Of a stretch of DNA of 64,000 nt, positions 10,049 to 19,608 are shown in pieces. Made by a program: the position numbers and the translations under genes. Position 1 is the first letter of the stretch. Each line of letters begins with the position of its first letter. The notes below the pieces were generated by a model, which saw only the letters and a program-made list of their open reading frames with translations, did not search any database and was not told where the DNA came from. Source of the DNA: Myxococcales bacterium (GTDB lineage Bacteria; Myxococcota_A; Polyangia; Polyangiales; DASUME01); NCBI GenBank assembly GCA_047601445.1, contig JASGJH010000001.1, forward strand, positions 8,416,001 to 8,480,000, read 5' to 3'.

Positions 10049-12428
10049 ATGGGTTCGTGTCGGATTCGGTCGAAGCGGGCGCTGGCGAGCAGGACGGCGC
10101 TCGTCATGGCGCTCGGTCTCGCCGCCTGCGGGGAGGGCGAGGCGCCTTCTTCGGCGGCACCGGGCGCGCCGCCGGGGGCGCCCCACCAGGATTCGGACGA
10201 GATTGCCGGCGAAGTCACCGAAGACGCCGGACCTCCGAGCTTCGGTTGCGAGGCCAGACCCCCCGCGGGATTCATCACCCAGTGCTCGGGCTGCCATACG
10301 CTCGGGGGGACGAACCAGGGCGGAAAAATCCCAGACCTGCGGATGTTCGCCGGCACCGAGGCCGAGTTCGTGACCCAGGTGCGTCGCGGTGGCGGAGGGA
10401 TGCCGGCGTTTTCGGAAGCCAAGCTGAGCGACGCGGGACTGCACGAGGTCTACACCTTCCTCCGACAGGGCGACCCCGGGGCGCAGTCGGGTCAAGCGGG
10501 CGGCTCCGGCGGCGAGCAAAACTTCGGGCTAGGCAACGTCAGTCCGCTGTTCGGGGAGAATACGGCCTTGGCTGTGAGCTTCCTGCGCGACGACGGCGTG
10601 TTGATCACGCGAGGCGCGGGCCGCGTGCGTGGGCGTCACGAGCTCGAGGGGACGTACGGACCGTTTGGTCCGCTCTACTTCGAAGGACGCACCTTCGGCT
10701 TCGTGATCGAGGACTTCACGGTGCGCGGCGAGAATCGCATCGTGGTGAGCTATCTGCCGCTGGCGCGTCCGCAAGACAAGACCAACTTTCGCGCCTTCAA
10801 GATCTACGGCGATGGCAACGTCTTTCACGCCAACACGGGCATGGACTCGGATACGCCGCTGCCTTCGCTCGCGCAGGCAGGCAGCGACCCGGCGCAGGAA
10901 TACGCGACCCGCATCGCGGCCTTTGCCCGGGTGCAATCCCATGAGGTCAAAGGCAACGCGCGCACGGGGAAGCCCCTGCAGGCGGGCGAGCTGTTCGAGT
11001 TCGAGTTCGGTGTGTTCATCGAGCCCTCGGCCGTGCGCGCCAACAGTCGAACCGCCTATTACACGGATACCTTCCGCTACCGCGTGGGCCAGGGCGGTCT
11101 CACGATGGAGAACGCCGACACCAGCGGCCAGCTCGGGCCCACGATGGACGCGCAGCTCGGCGGTGCCACCACCGTCGCCTGGGCCTACGCCGAACCGGAG
11201 CTGTACTTCTCCCAACTGGCGTCGAACACTCAGCACGAGCACGTGCAGGCGTTCGTGGATGGCCGCAGGCTGTTTCACACGGACTTCGACACAGGGGCCC
11301 ACAGCGAAGCGGGCAATCCGGCGTTCGACGCCCAAGCCCACAAACTCGGACCGCTATTCGTGAGCCATGCGTGCGTGAACTGCCACGTGCGCAACGGTGG
11401 AGGCGAGACCCTGGTGGGCAGCTTGAGCGAGACCAGCACGATGGCGTTCAAGCTGTACGATGCGGGGGCGGAGCTCGGCAATCAGCTGCAGCTGCAGGAA
11501 GGATTGGCGCGCTCGGTCGCGCCGGAGCAGCGCGAGGTCTCGTTGTCCGACGGAACGCAAATGCTGTCACGTCCGACCTTCGAGGTGCAGGACAAAACCG
11601 GGCGGGAGCTCGCGTACTCGGCGCGTGTGGCGCGTCGCCTGGTGGGGCTCGGGCTGCTCGAAGCGATCGACGAGACCACCCTCCTTTCACGGGCCGATCC
11701 GCAAGACTGCGATGGCGATGGGATCTCGGGCAGGCCGCATCTGGTGGCCGACCCGGAGCGCGGCGTGCTGCGGGTGGGGCGCTTTGGTTGGCGCGCCGAA
11801 AAGGTGAGCGTCGAGCATCAGGTGGCCGACGCGTTGTCGGCAGACCTCGGCGTGTCCTCCCGCGTGCTGCCTGGCAGCGCGCAGGCAGCCGGAGCGGGCG
11901 GGGCCGCTGGCGCGCAGAACGTCGAGCTCGACGATGATGGCCTGCGCCGCCTCACCACGTACATGCGCCTGCTCGGCGTGCCACCGCAGCGCGCGGCGGA
12001 CAGCCCCACCGTGATGCGCGGCGAAACGGTGTTTCACGAGGTGGGTTGTGCGAACTGTCACGTGTCGGCGCTGACCACCGGCAGCTCCCATCCTTTCATC
12101 GAACTGCGTGGGCAGTCGATCCGGCCGTACACGGATTTGCTGCTGCATGATCTGGGGCCCGATCTCAGCCGATGCCAGCGGCCTGCCGGCCCGCGAAGGC
12201 GTGGAGCAGCCGGCCAGTGCGAGCGAGTGGCGCACCGCACCGCTGTGGGGCGTGGGGCTCTCGCAGACCGTGCAGGGCTACGTGGCGCTCCTGCACGACG
12301 GCCGAGCCCACAGCGTGCTCGAAGCGATTCTGTGGCACGGGGGCGAGGCTCAAGCGGCGCGCGAGCGGGTGGTCGCGCTGTCGAAGGCCGACCGTGAGGC
12401 TCTCGTGCAGTTCGTGGAATCGCTATGA
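10049..12428 (+). CDS. Cytochrome c plus di-heme oxidoreductase (DUF1111/DHOR-like) lipoprotein; apparent frameshift at ~12167
   Basis: Lipobox LAAC. Three CxxCH motifs (CSGCH, CVNCH, CANCH), GLGLLEAI, DPQDCDGDGISGR, GRFGW, YTDLLLHDLG. The +1 frame carries EWRTAPLWG and LLHDGRA...EAILWHGGEA. Removing A12167 joins the two frames. Confidence 0.85.
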
Positions 12429-13132
12429 GTTCTGTGGCTTACACTCGCGCGGACGTTCTTGCTACGCGTCGGCAGTCGGCTCGAGTAAGGTGGCCCGCCG
12501 TGGCTCCACCCCTGACGAGTCGAGCGCCCTCGGACTTTGGCCTGCGGGCCGATCCGTCCGCTGCGTCGGCCGGGATGTCCGGCCGCGAGCAAGACGACAA
12601 GGCGCGTGTGCGGCAGGTCGAGGCCGTGGAGTCTTCCGAGGGCTTGGATACGGCCGCGGTGTTCCGACGCTACGCGCCCTATGTAGCCAAGGTTGGACTG
12701 CGCATCCTGGGGCGGCGCGATGAGCTCGATGACTTCGTGCAAGATGTCTTCGTCACGGTCCATCGCAAGCTCGACTCGCTGCGCGATGTGGCCGCGTTGA
12801 AGCACTGGTTGGCCACCCTGGCGGTTCATGAGGCGACGCGCAGACTGCGGCGTCGCAAGTTGCGTGCGCTGTTGGGCATGGGCTCGGTGCCGGACTACGC
12901 GGATGCCGCAGACGCCTCGGCTTCACCCGAGCAGCGCGCGCTGTTGGCGCAGGTCTTCTTGGCGCTCGAGGCGCTGCCAGCAGACGAGCACGTGGCTTGG
13001 TCCCTGCGCTACATCGAGGGCGAGACCATGGAGCGCGTGGCGGAGCTGTGCGCCTGCTCGCTCTCCACCGCGAAGCGCCGTGTGGCGGGGGCCGAAAAGG
13101 CGCTCGAAAAGCGGGGACTAAGCCATGTCTGA
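12425..13132 (+). CDS. ECF sigma-70 factor (cassette 1)
   Basis: Region 2 DDFVQDVF...WL and a region 4 helix-turn-helix (TMERVAELCACSLSTAKRRV). ATGA overlap with the upstream gene; the true start may lie downstream. Confidence 0.9.
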   Translation: MSSVAYTRADVLATRRQSARVRWPAVAPPLTSRAPSDFGLRADPSAASAGMSGREQDDKARVRQVEAVESSEGLDTAAVFRRYAPYVAKVGLRILGRRDELDDFVQDVFVTVHRKLDSLRDVAALKHWLATLAVHEATRRLRRRKLRALLGMGSVPDYADAADASASPEQRALLAQVFLALEALPADEHVAWSLRYIEGETMERVAELCACSLSTAKRRVAGAEKALEKRGLSHV

Positions 13133-14273
13133 GCGGCTTGCCGAGCGGCTATCCCAGGCGCGAGAGCACCTCGATGCGGACTTCGGATCCCGTGAGGTCG
13201 AGCGCGGACTCGCGGGTCTGCAGCAGCGGATTCGCCGGCGTCGTCGTGTGACGCAGGCGACAGGTGCGCTGACGGTGCTGACATTGCTGGTGGGCTCCTG
13301 GTTGCTCTTGCCGCGCGCGTCCGAGGTCGCTCGCCAATCCGAGAGCGGGCCGGCGGTGGCTGGCTCGCGTGCGCTGCGCACGGCAGACGGATTGGTTGCG
13401 CGCCTGCTTTCCCCGCAGACCGTGCTGCAGCTGGAACACGAGCGACAGGACGAGGTGAGCTTGCAGCTGGAGCACGGCAGCGGTCACTTCGAGGTCACGC
13501 GTAACCCGCGGCGGCGCTATCGCGTGCGCGCGGGACAAGTCGACGTGGAAGTACTGGGCACCGCCTTTGAGGTCACCAGACAGGCAGCAGGCGCCAGAGT
13601 TCGTGTGGAGCACGGCCTGGTGCGCGTGCGCTGGCCCAGCGGCGAGCAGCTCTTGCACGCTGGAGAGAGCGGCGAGTTTCCTCCCGTCGTGTCCGCGCCC
13701 GTGGCCGCTGCCAGCGAGCCCGTGCAGGAGGTCGAAGCGAGTGTGTCCGCCCGCGAGCCAATCCAAGACGCGGACCTGCTCGTCGATCCGTCGCTGCGCT
13801 CTACTGTGCTCGCCCGGGACCGCTCCCGTGAGCGCTGGCGTGCACTGGAGCGCGCGGGCAAGCATCGCGAAGCATTCGGGTCCCTGGGCGAACGGCCCGT
13901 CGAAGACTTGGCCGGCCTGCTGCTCGCTGCCGATGCCGCGCGCCTGTCCGGACATCCCCAGCAGGCGGCGACGTACCTGCAACGGCTGATGCGTCGCTAC
14001 CCGCGCACCGCTCCGGCACGCCTGGCCGCCTTCACCCTGGGGCGCCTAGCGCTGCGCGAGCTCTCGGATCCTGCGCTCGCCGCCCGCAGCTTCGCGCGGG
14101 CCTATGCGCTCGATCCGAAGGGCCCCTTGGCCGAAGACGCGCTGGCACGGGAGGCCGAGGCCTACCACCGCGCGGGCGACTTGGGACGGGCCCGAAAGGC
14201 TGCTACGCGCTACATCGAGCAGTTCCCAGATGGCGTTCGGCGCGACGACATTTCCCGCTATCTCGCGCCATGA
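13125..14273 (+). CDS. FecR-domain anti-sigma with C-terminal TPR (cassette 1)
   Basis: One TM helix, FecR motifs (LEHGSGHFEV, VEVLGTAFEV, VRVEHGLVRV), and a TPR tail (ADAARLSG...RYP...AAFTLGR...EDALAR). Confidence 0.85.
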   Translation: MSERLAERLSQAREHLDADFGSREVERGLAGLQQRIRRRRRVTQATGALTVLTLLVGSWLLLPRASEVARQSESGPAVAGSRALRTADGLVARLLSPQTVLQLEHERQDEVSLQLEHGSGHFEVTRNPRRRYRVRAGQVDVEVLGTAFEVTRQAAGARVRVEHGLVRVRWPSGEQLLHAGESGEFPPVVSAPVAAASEPVQEVEASVSAREPIQDADLLVDPSLRSTVLARDRSRERWRALERAGKHREAFGSLGERPVEDLAGLLLAADAARLSGHPQQAATYLQRLMRRYPRTAPARLAAFTLGRLALRELSDPALAARSFARAYALDPKGPLAEDALAREAEAYHRAGDLGRARKAATRYIEQFPDGVRRDDISRYLAP

Positions 14274-14301
14274 GCCGCAGCGCGCCAGTGCGCTCCCAGC
14301 A

Positions 14302-15321
14302 GTGGCTCGCGGTCTGGCCCGCCTGCTCCGGAGCCAGACGTGGGGGCTCTTGAGTTTGCTTTGGCTGTGGGTAGCCCATGCTCAAGCGCAGGCCGACACG
14401 GGATCTCACAGGCGCGTCACGATCACCTTCACGAGCTGTGAGGTCCCATCGCCGTCCGAGGTGCGCGCGCTGCTGGCGATCGAGCTGCGCGAGGACCTGC
14501 TGCCCGACGGCACCGGCGAGCTCGAAACGGGCGGGGCCGCCCGCGAGCAACGAGCTGACTACCACGTGCAGGTGCAGTGCAGCGGACACGAGGCTCAGGT
14601 GACCGTGCGCGAGACCGCTGCCACGCGAACTATCGCTCTCGCCAAGGAGCCCGTGGAACTGCGCGCACGCCTGCTCGCGCTGGCCATCGCCGAGCAAGTC
14701 AGTCCGGCTTCGGAGCCGGTGCCCACCAAGGCACAGACAGCCACCACGGAGCCCGCCATCGTGCAGCCCGATCCGCAAGCTGTTGCCCCGCTTCCACGCT
14801 CGACGCCGCGCGCGTCCGCCGCCGAACACTTCGCCTGGGCCGCCCTGCAGCTGCAGGCGAGTCCCTTGCTCGGTCCGGGTGTCACGCTCGGGCTCTCACA
14901 GCGGATTTGGCGCCTCCTTTCCTGGTCGAGCAGTCTCTCCTACAGCTTCGCACGCAGCTCCCTCGACGACGGTGAACTGCGCGTGCAACAGACCTCCGTG
15001 AACACAGGACCTGCGCTGCACCTGGCCTTCAGCGACCTCGTGCTGGAGCTGGGCGCTGGCATGCGGGCCGGCTGGCTCGGACTGCGCGGTGAGCCCGACG
15101 ACGCGGCCCGCGTGCGCGGCAAACGCGTGGACACGTGGCTCGCAGGGCCGTCCCTGTTCGGCGCGCTGTTCGTAAACGCGGGCAAGCGCGGCTTCGGGAT
15201 GCTGGCGCTCGAGCTCGCCTATACGCTGCGCAAGGTACACGCCGATGTTCAAGGAGGCGGAGGACGCACGCTCTCTGCACTATGGGGTGCGGCTTCCCTG
15301 GGGGGAGGTTTCGCGTGGTGA
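14302..15321 (+). CDS. Secreted protein with a small N-terminal alpha/beta domain and a C-terminal amphipathic beta region (putative OM beta-barrel), cassette 1
   Basis: GTG start, signal peptide ending AHAQA, Pro linker, alternating beta-strands, terminal aromatic residue (GGGFAW). Confidence 0.65.
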   Translation: MARGLARLLRSQTWGLLSLLWLWVAHAQAQADTGSHRRVTITFTSCEVPSPSEVRALLAIELREDLLPDGTGELETGGAAREQRADYHVQVQCSGHEAQVTVRETAATRTIALAKEPVELRARLLALAIAEQVSPASEPVPTKAQTATTEPAIVQPDPQAVAPLPRSTPRASAAEHFAWAALQLQASPLLGPGVTLGLSQRIWRLLSWSSSLSYSFARSSLDDGELRVQQTSVNTGPALHLAFSDLVLELGAGMRAGWLGLRGEPDDAARVRGKRVDTWLAGPSLFGALFVNAGKRGFGMLALELAYTLRKVHADVQGGGGRTLSALWGAASLGGGFAW

Positions 15322-16256
15322 GGGCGCTCGCGTGCCGGTCGTCGGTCCCGTGGGCTGCGCTCGCGTTGGTGCTCTCCGGCTGCGCGCAGCTCGAGGCCGT
15401 GGTGCTCGTGGTGCGCGACGCGAATGTCGATGAGCCGGCGATCGACGCAGCGACGGAGCCGTCGGATGCAGGCGACGCTGGGTCCCCCGACGCGGGCCGA
15501 GACGCAGGGCCCGACACACGCGGCGTGTGCAGGAGCGGAGGCAGCAAGGACGGCTTCTACGAGACCTTCGACGGACCTGCACTGGACCCGACGCGCTGGC
15601 TCGTCGCCCAGGGCCGCCTCGAGTTCGCCGGCCGAATGGCCCAGGGCGGCTTCCTGGCCGAGAACGTCCGCGTGGAAGGCGGTTCACTCGTGCTCACCGT
15701 GCACGGAGACCTGCACGCTGGCGGACGACGCACGGGGGCTGCCATCGTGACCCGCGATCTGTTCGCGTCGGCGACGTATCAGGCCCAGGGGCACCTGGTC
15801 GGTCCGCCTGGTGTGGAGTTCGCGCTGGCGTCGCTGCGCGATGACGATCGTGAAGGTGGCATCGACATCGCGACTCCGGGCCTGGAGGCTGACCGAGCGA
15901 GCTACGCGCGAGTCCACATGCGCAGCCGCGACGCAGCGGGCACGAGCGAGACACAGTTCGCCTTGGCCGAGACCCTCGACGATGGCGCGAGTCACATCCT
16001 GCGCTTCGATTGGTACACCACGGCCCAGAGCGCGGTGCGCTTCTGGGTCGACGACATGCCGCGCTCTCAACTGGATGAGCATCTGCCGATGCGAGCTGGC
16101 CGCATGTGGCTCCTTGCCTGGGTGCCGGGCGAGGCAGCGGCCGACTTCGACACGGTCGAGATTCGCATCGAGAATGCCTTCGTCACCCCGTTCGGCAATA
16201 GTGGAGATTTATGCCAGGACGGCGAGCTCTCCGGGCCTGGACTGGCACCTCCGTAG
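15318..16256 (+). CDS. GH16-like lipoprotein lacking the catalytic glutamates
   Basis: GGAGG RBS with GTGA overlap, lipobox LSGC, GH16 scaffold (ETFDGPALDPTRW, ENVRVEGGSLVL, HILRFDW, VRFWVDD). It has GGIDIATPG where EIDIxE is expected. Confidence 0.75.
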   Translation: MRALACRSSVPWAALALVLSGCAQLEAVVLVVRDANVDEPAIDAATEPSDAGDAGSPDAGRDAGPDTRGVCRSGGSKDGFYETFDGPALDPTRWLVAQGRLEFAGRMAQGGFLAENVRVEGGSLVLTVHGDLHAGGRRTGAAIVTRDLFASATYQAQGHLVGPPGVEFALASLRDDDREGGIDIATPGLEADRASYARVHMRSRDAAGTSETQFALAETLDDGASHILRFDWYTTAQSAVRFWVDDMPRSQLDEHLPMRAGRMWLLAWVPGEAAADFDTVEIRIENAFVTPFGNSGDLCQDGELSGPGLAPP

Positions 16257-16270
16257 GAACGCCACTTTTC

Positions 16271-16308
16271 CTGAACCGATCCGCACCTGCCCTGCCTCCT
16301 AGGCTCGC
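16271..16308 (+). promoter_or_regulatory. ECF-type promoter, cassette-1 motif, copy 2
   Basis: CTGAACCG-N17-CTCCTAGG-CTC-GC-ATG, starting 38 nt before ATG 16309. Confidence 0.75.
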
Positions 16309-18105
16309 ATGCAGGCACCATCGCCAGTCACTGCCACGGCCCGTTCGCTTTTGGCGAGCGTGCTCGGGCTCTGTCTTGGGGCGTGCTCCGGATCCGTCGA
16401 GGGACCGCTGGGGCCGGGCGCTGACTTCAGCGCCTCCACGAGCGCGGCCCTGCTGGGGCGCACTGGCCCGCGCCGCCTGACCAACACGGAGTACGACAAC
16501 ACGGTGCGCGATCTCCTGGGCACCGAGCTCAACGTGGCCGCCAACTTCGTGGCCGAGGAGGCTGGTGGCTTCGACAACGTGGCTCAGGCACTCGGCATGA
16601 CCCCGAGCCAGTACGAGTCTTACTTCAACGCCGCCGAGACCCTATCGCACGAGCTGTTCGCGGACACTGCGCGCCGTGCGCAGGTCGTCTCGTGCAGCCC
16701 GACCGGGAGCGATGGCGGACCGTGCCTCGAGCAGTGGCTGTCCGAGTTCGGGGGCCGAGTCTTTCGACGCCCTCTGGCGGCCGAAGAGAAAGCGAGCCTC
16801 AAGCAGGCCTTCGGGCGCGCGCTCGCGCTGGGCGAGGCGCCGATGGCAAGTGTGGAGCATGTGCTCGTTGCCATGCTCTCGTCGCCGCAGTTCCTCTATC
16901 GCATCGAGACCGGTGCCGACGTCCAAGCAGTCGTGTCCGCCCGCGAACGAAGCACGAACGCGGGCACGTCAGCCGGCGAGCAAGGTGCCGCGAACGACGG
17001 ACGGGTGTTGCTGGACAGCTACGCGCTGGCCTCCCGTCTCTCGTACTTTCTCTGGAGCACCATGCCCGACGCGGCCCTGTTTGCGAAGGCCGAGGACGGC
17101 TCGCTCATGGATCCCGTGGTGCTTCGCGCAGAGCTCGCGCGCATGCTCGACGATCCGCGTGCCGGCTCCTTGCTGGACAACTTCGCCGCGCAGTGGCTGA
17201 GCTGGCGCGAGCTCGCCCAGCACAAGGTGCTCGCGGCCCGCTACCCCGAGTTCGATGACGCCCTGCGAGACTCGATGCTGAAGGAAGCGCGAGCCTACGT
17301 GTCGGAATTTCTATTCGAGGACCGGCCCCTCAAGGACTTCCTGCGAGCCCAGCTGAACTTCGTGGATCGACGACTCAGCCAACTCTACCAACTCGATCTG
17401 GCCCTGCCGTCGTCCGAGGAACTCGTGCGCGTCGAAGCAGGCGGGTCCGCCTGTGAGCCTGGCGTCGACAACCCTAACGGCGACCGCCGTGGCTACCTCG
17501 GCCTCGCGGCGTTTCTCACGGTGTCCTCGTTCGCCCAGCGCACCTCGCCCACGCTGCGCGCCAAGTGGGTGCTCGAGGAGCTCATGTGCAGCGTCGTCCC
17601 CCCGCCGCCACCCAACGTCACAGCTCAACTCGAGGACACCGCGAACGCTGCCGCCAGCATCGAGAACGTGCGCGAGCGCCTGGAGCTACACCGCAGCGAT
17701 CCGGGTTGCGCGAGCTGTCACGCGCGGCTCGATCCGATCGGGCTCGGTCTGGAGTCGTTCGACGCCATCGGTCGGAGCCGCACGCACTACGAGAACGGGG
17801 ATTCGATCGACACCCTCGGTGAGCTGCCGGATGGGCGCACCTTCGATGGACCGGTGGAGCTCTCCGCCATCCTGGCCGACGATCCACGCTTCGAGCCCTG
17901 CGTGGCGCGCAAGCTCTTGACCTACGCCCTCGGCCGCACCCTCGGCAGCGAGCCCGACCTCGTGGCGCACACCGTGGCCTCCTACAAGCCGCAGGGCACC
18001 CTGCGCGCGATGATCGAGAGCATCGTGCTTGGCGACGCCTTCCGGTACCAGGCCCAGTCGACGCAGGCGGAGCCGCCCGCGCGCAACGCAGGGAGTGCAC
18101 CATGA
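16309..18105 (+). CDS. DUF1587/1595/1592/1588/1585-domain lipoprotein with a heme-binding motif
   Basis: RRLTNTEYDNTVRDLLG, LSSPQFLYR, LASRLSYFLWSTMPD, TSPTLRAKW, CASCH...DPIGLGLESFDAIG, LLTYALGR. Confidence 0.9.
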   Translation: MQAPSPVTATARSLLASVLGLCLGACSGSVEGPLGPGADFSASTSAALLGRTGPRRLTNTEYDNTVRDLLGTELNVAANFVAEEAGGFDNVAQALGMTPSQYESYFNAAETLSHELFADTARRAQVVSCSPTGSDGGPCLEQWLSEFGGRVFRRPLAAEEKASLKQAFGRALALGEAPMASVEHVLVAMLSSPQFLYRIETGADVQAVVSARERSTNAGTSAGEQGAANDGRVLLDSYALASRLSYFLWSTMPDAALFAKAEDGSLMDPVVLRAELARMLDDPRAGSLLDNFAAQWLSWRELAQHKVLAARYPEFDDALRDSMLKEARAYVSEFLFEDRPLKDFLRAQLNFVDRRLSQLYQLDLALPSSEELVRVEAGGSACEPGVDNPNGDRRGYLGLAAFLTVSSFAQRTSPTLRAKWVLEELMCSVVPPPPPNVTAQLEDTANAAASIENVRERLELHRSDPGCASCHARLDPIGLGLESFDAIGRSRTHYENGDSIDTLGELPDGRTFDGPVELSAILADDPRFEPCVARKLLTYALGRTLGSEPDLVAHTVASYKPQGTLRAMIESIVLGDAFRYQAQSTQAEPPARNAGSAP

Positions 18106-19574
18106 CCAGGCCCCAGCACAGCTTCTCGCGCCGCACGCTCCTGCGTGGCGTCGGTGTGTGTCTCGCACTGCCTTATCTCGAAAGCTTGGCCCCGCGCTCA
18201 CTTGCTTCGGCGCAAGCCGCGCCCGCCAAGCGCTTCATCGCCAGCTACTTCCCGAATGGCGCCGCCGCCGACTACTGGCCCGTGAAAGGCAGTGGCGCGG
18301 GCTGGACACTCTCGCCGCTGCTGGCGCCGCTCGCCGCCCACAAACGCAGGCTCGTCGTCTTTTCCAACCTGGAGAACTACAGTCCGATGCAGGACAACCA
18401 GGGCGTGGAGCCGAGCCATGCGCGCCTGTGCGGGGCGTTTCTTACCTGCGTCGACTCCGACGCCGTGCGCGAGAAGCTCAAGGTGGAGATGGCGAATGGC
18501 ATCTCCATGGACCAGGTGATCGCCGCGCAGATGAAGACCACGCTGCCTTCGCTGGAGCTCGGTCTTTCCACCCTCAATAGCTACGAAGACGGTCGCCATC
18601 CGTCGCTCTCCCGCAGCATCGCGTGGGCGAGCACGACTCAGCCGCTCTACAAGGAGGTCAATCCCCAGGCCGTGTTCGATCGTCTGGTGGCCGCCGGGGC
18701 GGTGGACGCGAGCGGGGCGGCGGACCCCCAAGTGGCCGCGCAGGCAGCCAGGCGCAAGGCGCTCAAGCTGTCGGCCCTGGACTTCGTGCTCGAGAGCGCC
18801 CGCGGTCTGAGCGGCAAGCTCGGGCGCGAAGACAAGCCCAAGCTCGAGGAGTTCTTGAGCTCGGTGCGAAGCCTGGAAGAGCGCGTGCGCGGACTCTCGG
18901 ACGCCATCGCGCAGCAGAGCGCGCCCATGTGTGAGGTGATGGATCGCCCGCCGCGAGCCTACGCCGTCAACGTCAGCGAGGGCTACGATCGCGGCACCCA
19001 CGCCGCCGTGATGAACGACCTCATCGTGATGGCACTGCGCTGCGACGTGACCCGCGTGATTACGCACATGCTCGACGACGCCCGCAGCGACTTCGTGTAC
19101 GACCACCTGATCAACCGCAAGTTCAGCGCCGAGGGCTCTACCGAAGGCTCCGGCAAGGTGGGTGGCTTTCACGGACTGCAGCACGCCGGTGACAGCAACG
19201 ACGGCTACGCGACCATCAACTGGTGGTTCAGCCAGCAGATGGCCGAGCTATGCAGCAAGCTGGAGGCAGTGCAGGAGGGGGAGGGGAGCCTGCTCGATCA
19301 CACCCTCATCCTGTACGGCGGCGCCATGCATGGCAGCGATCACGACGGCCGACCCCTGCCCATGGCCCTCATCGGCGGCAACGGCGCGGGCATCCGCACC
19401 GATCAGCACGTGGACTTCAGCGCCAGCGCGGCCGGGCGCCCCCTGCGGGATCTCTATTTCACCATCTTGAACGGCTACTTCGGCCTCGATGTACCGAGCT
19501 TCGGCGAGCATGTGGCGGGGATTCCCAACAAGCTGATCAGCGAAATTCTCGAGCTGACCCTGCCTTTTTTCTGA
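18102..19574 (+). CDS. DUF1552-domain protein, Tat-exported
   Basis: Tat signal SRRTLLRG, LALPYLES, YFPNG, SMDQVIA, SLELG, EVNPQAVFDRL. It is the usual partner of DUF1592 proteins. Confidence 0.9.
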   Translation: MTRPQHSFSRRTLLRGVGVCLALPYLESLAPRSLASAQAAPAKRFIASYFPNGAAADYWPVKGSGAGWTLSPLLAPLAAHKRRLVVFSNLENYSPMQDNQGVEPSHARLCGAFLTCVDSDAVREKLKVEMANGISMDQVIAAQMKTTLPSLELGLSTLNSYEDGRHPSLSRSIAWASTTQPLYKEVNPQAVFDRLVAAGAVDASGAADPQVAAQAARRKALKLSALDFVLESARGLSGKLGREDKPKLEEFLSSVRSLEERVRGLSDAIAQQSAPMCEVMDRPPRAYAVNVSEGYDRGTHAAVMNDLIVMALRCDVTRVITHMLDDARSDFVYDHLINRKFSAEGSTEGSGKVGGFHGLQHAGDSNDGYATINWWFSQQMAELCSKLEAVQEGEGSLLDHTLILYGGAMHGSDHDGRPLPMALIGGNGAGIRTDQHVDFSASAAGRPLRDLYFTILNGYFGLDVPSFGEHVAGIPNKLISEILELTLPFF

Positions 19575-19608
19575 ACCGCTTTTGGCCTTCCTGCCCTCCT
19601 AGGAGGGC
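19571..19608 (+). promoter_or_regulatory. ECF-type promoter, cassette-1 motif, copy 3
   Basis: CTGAACCG-N17-CTCCTAGG-AGG-GC-ATG, starting 38 nt before ATG 19609. Confidence 0.75.
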
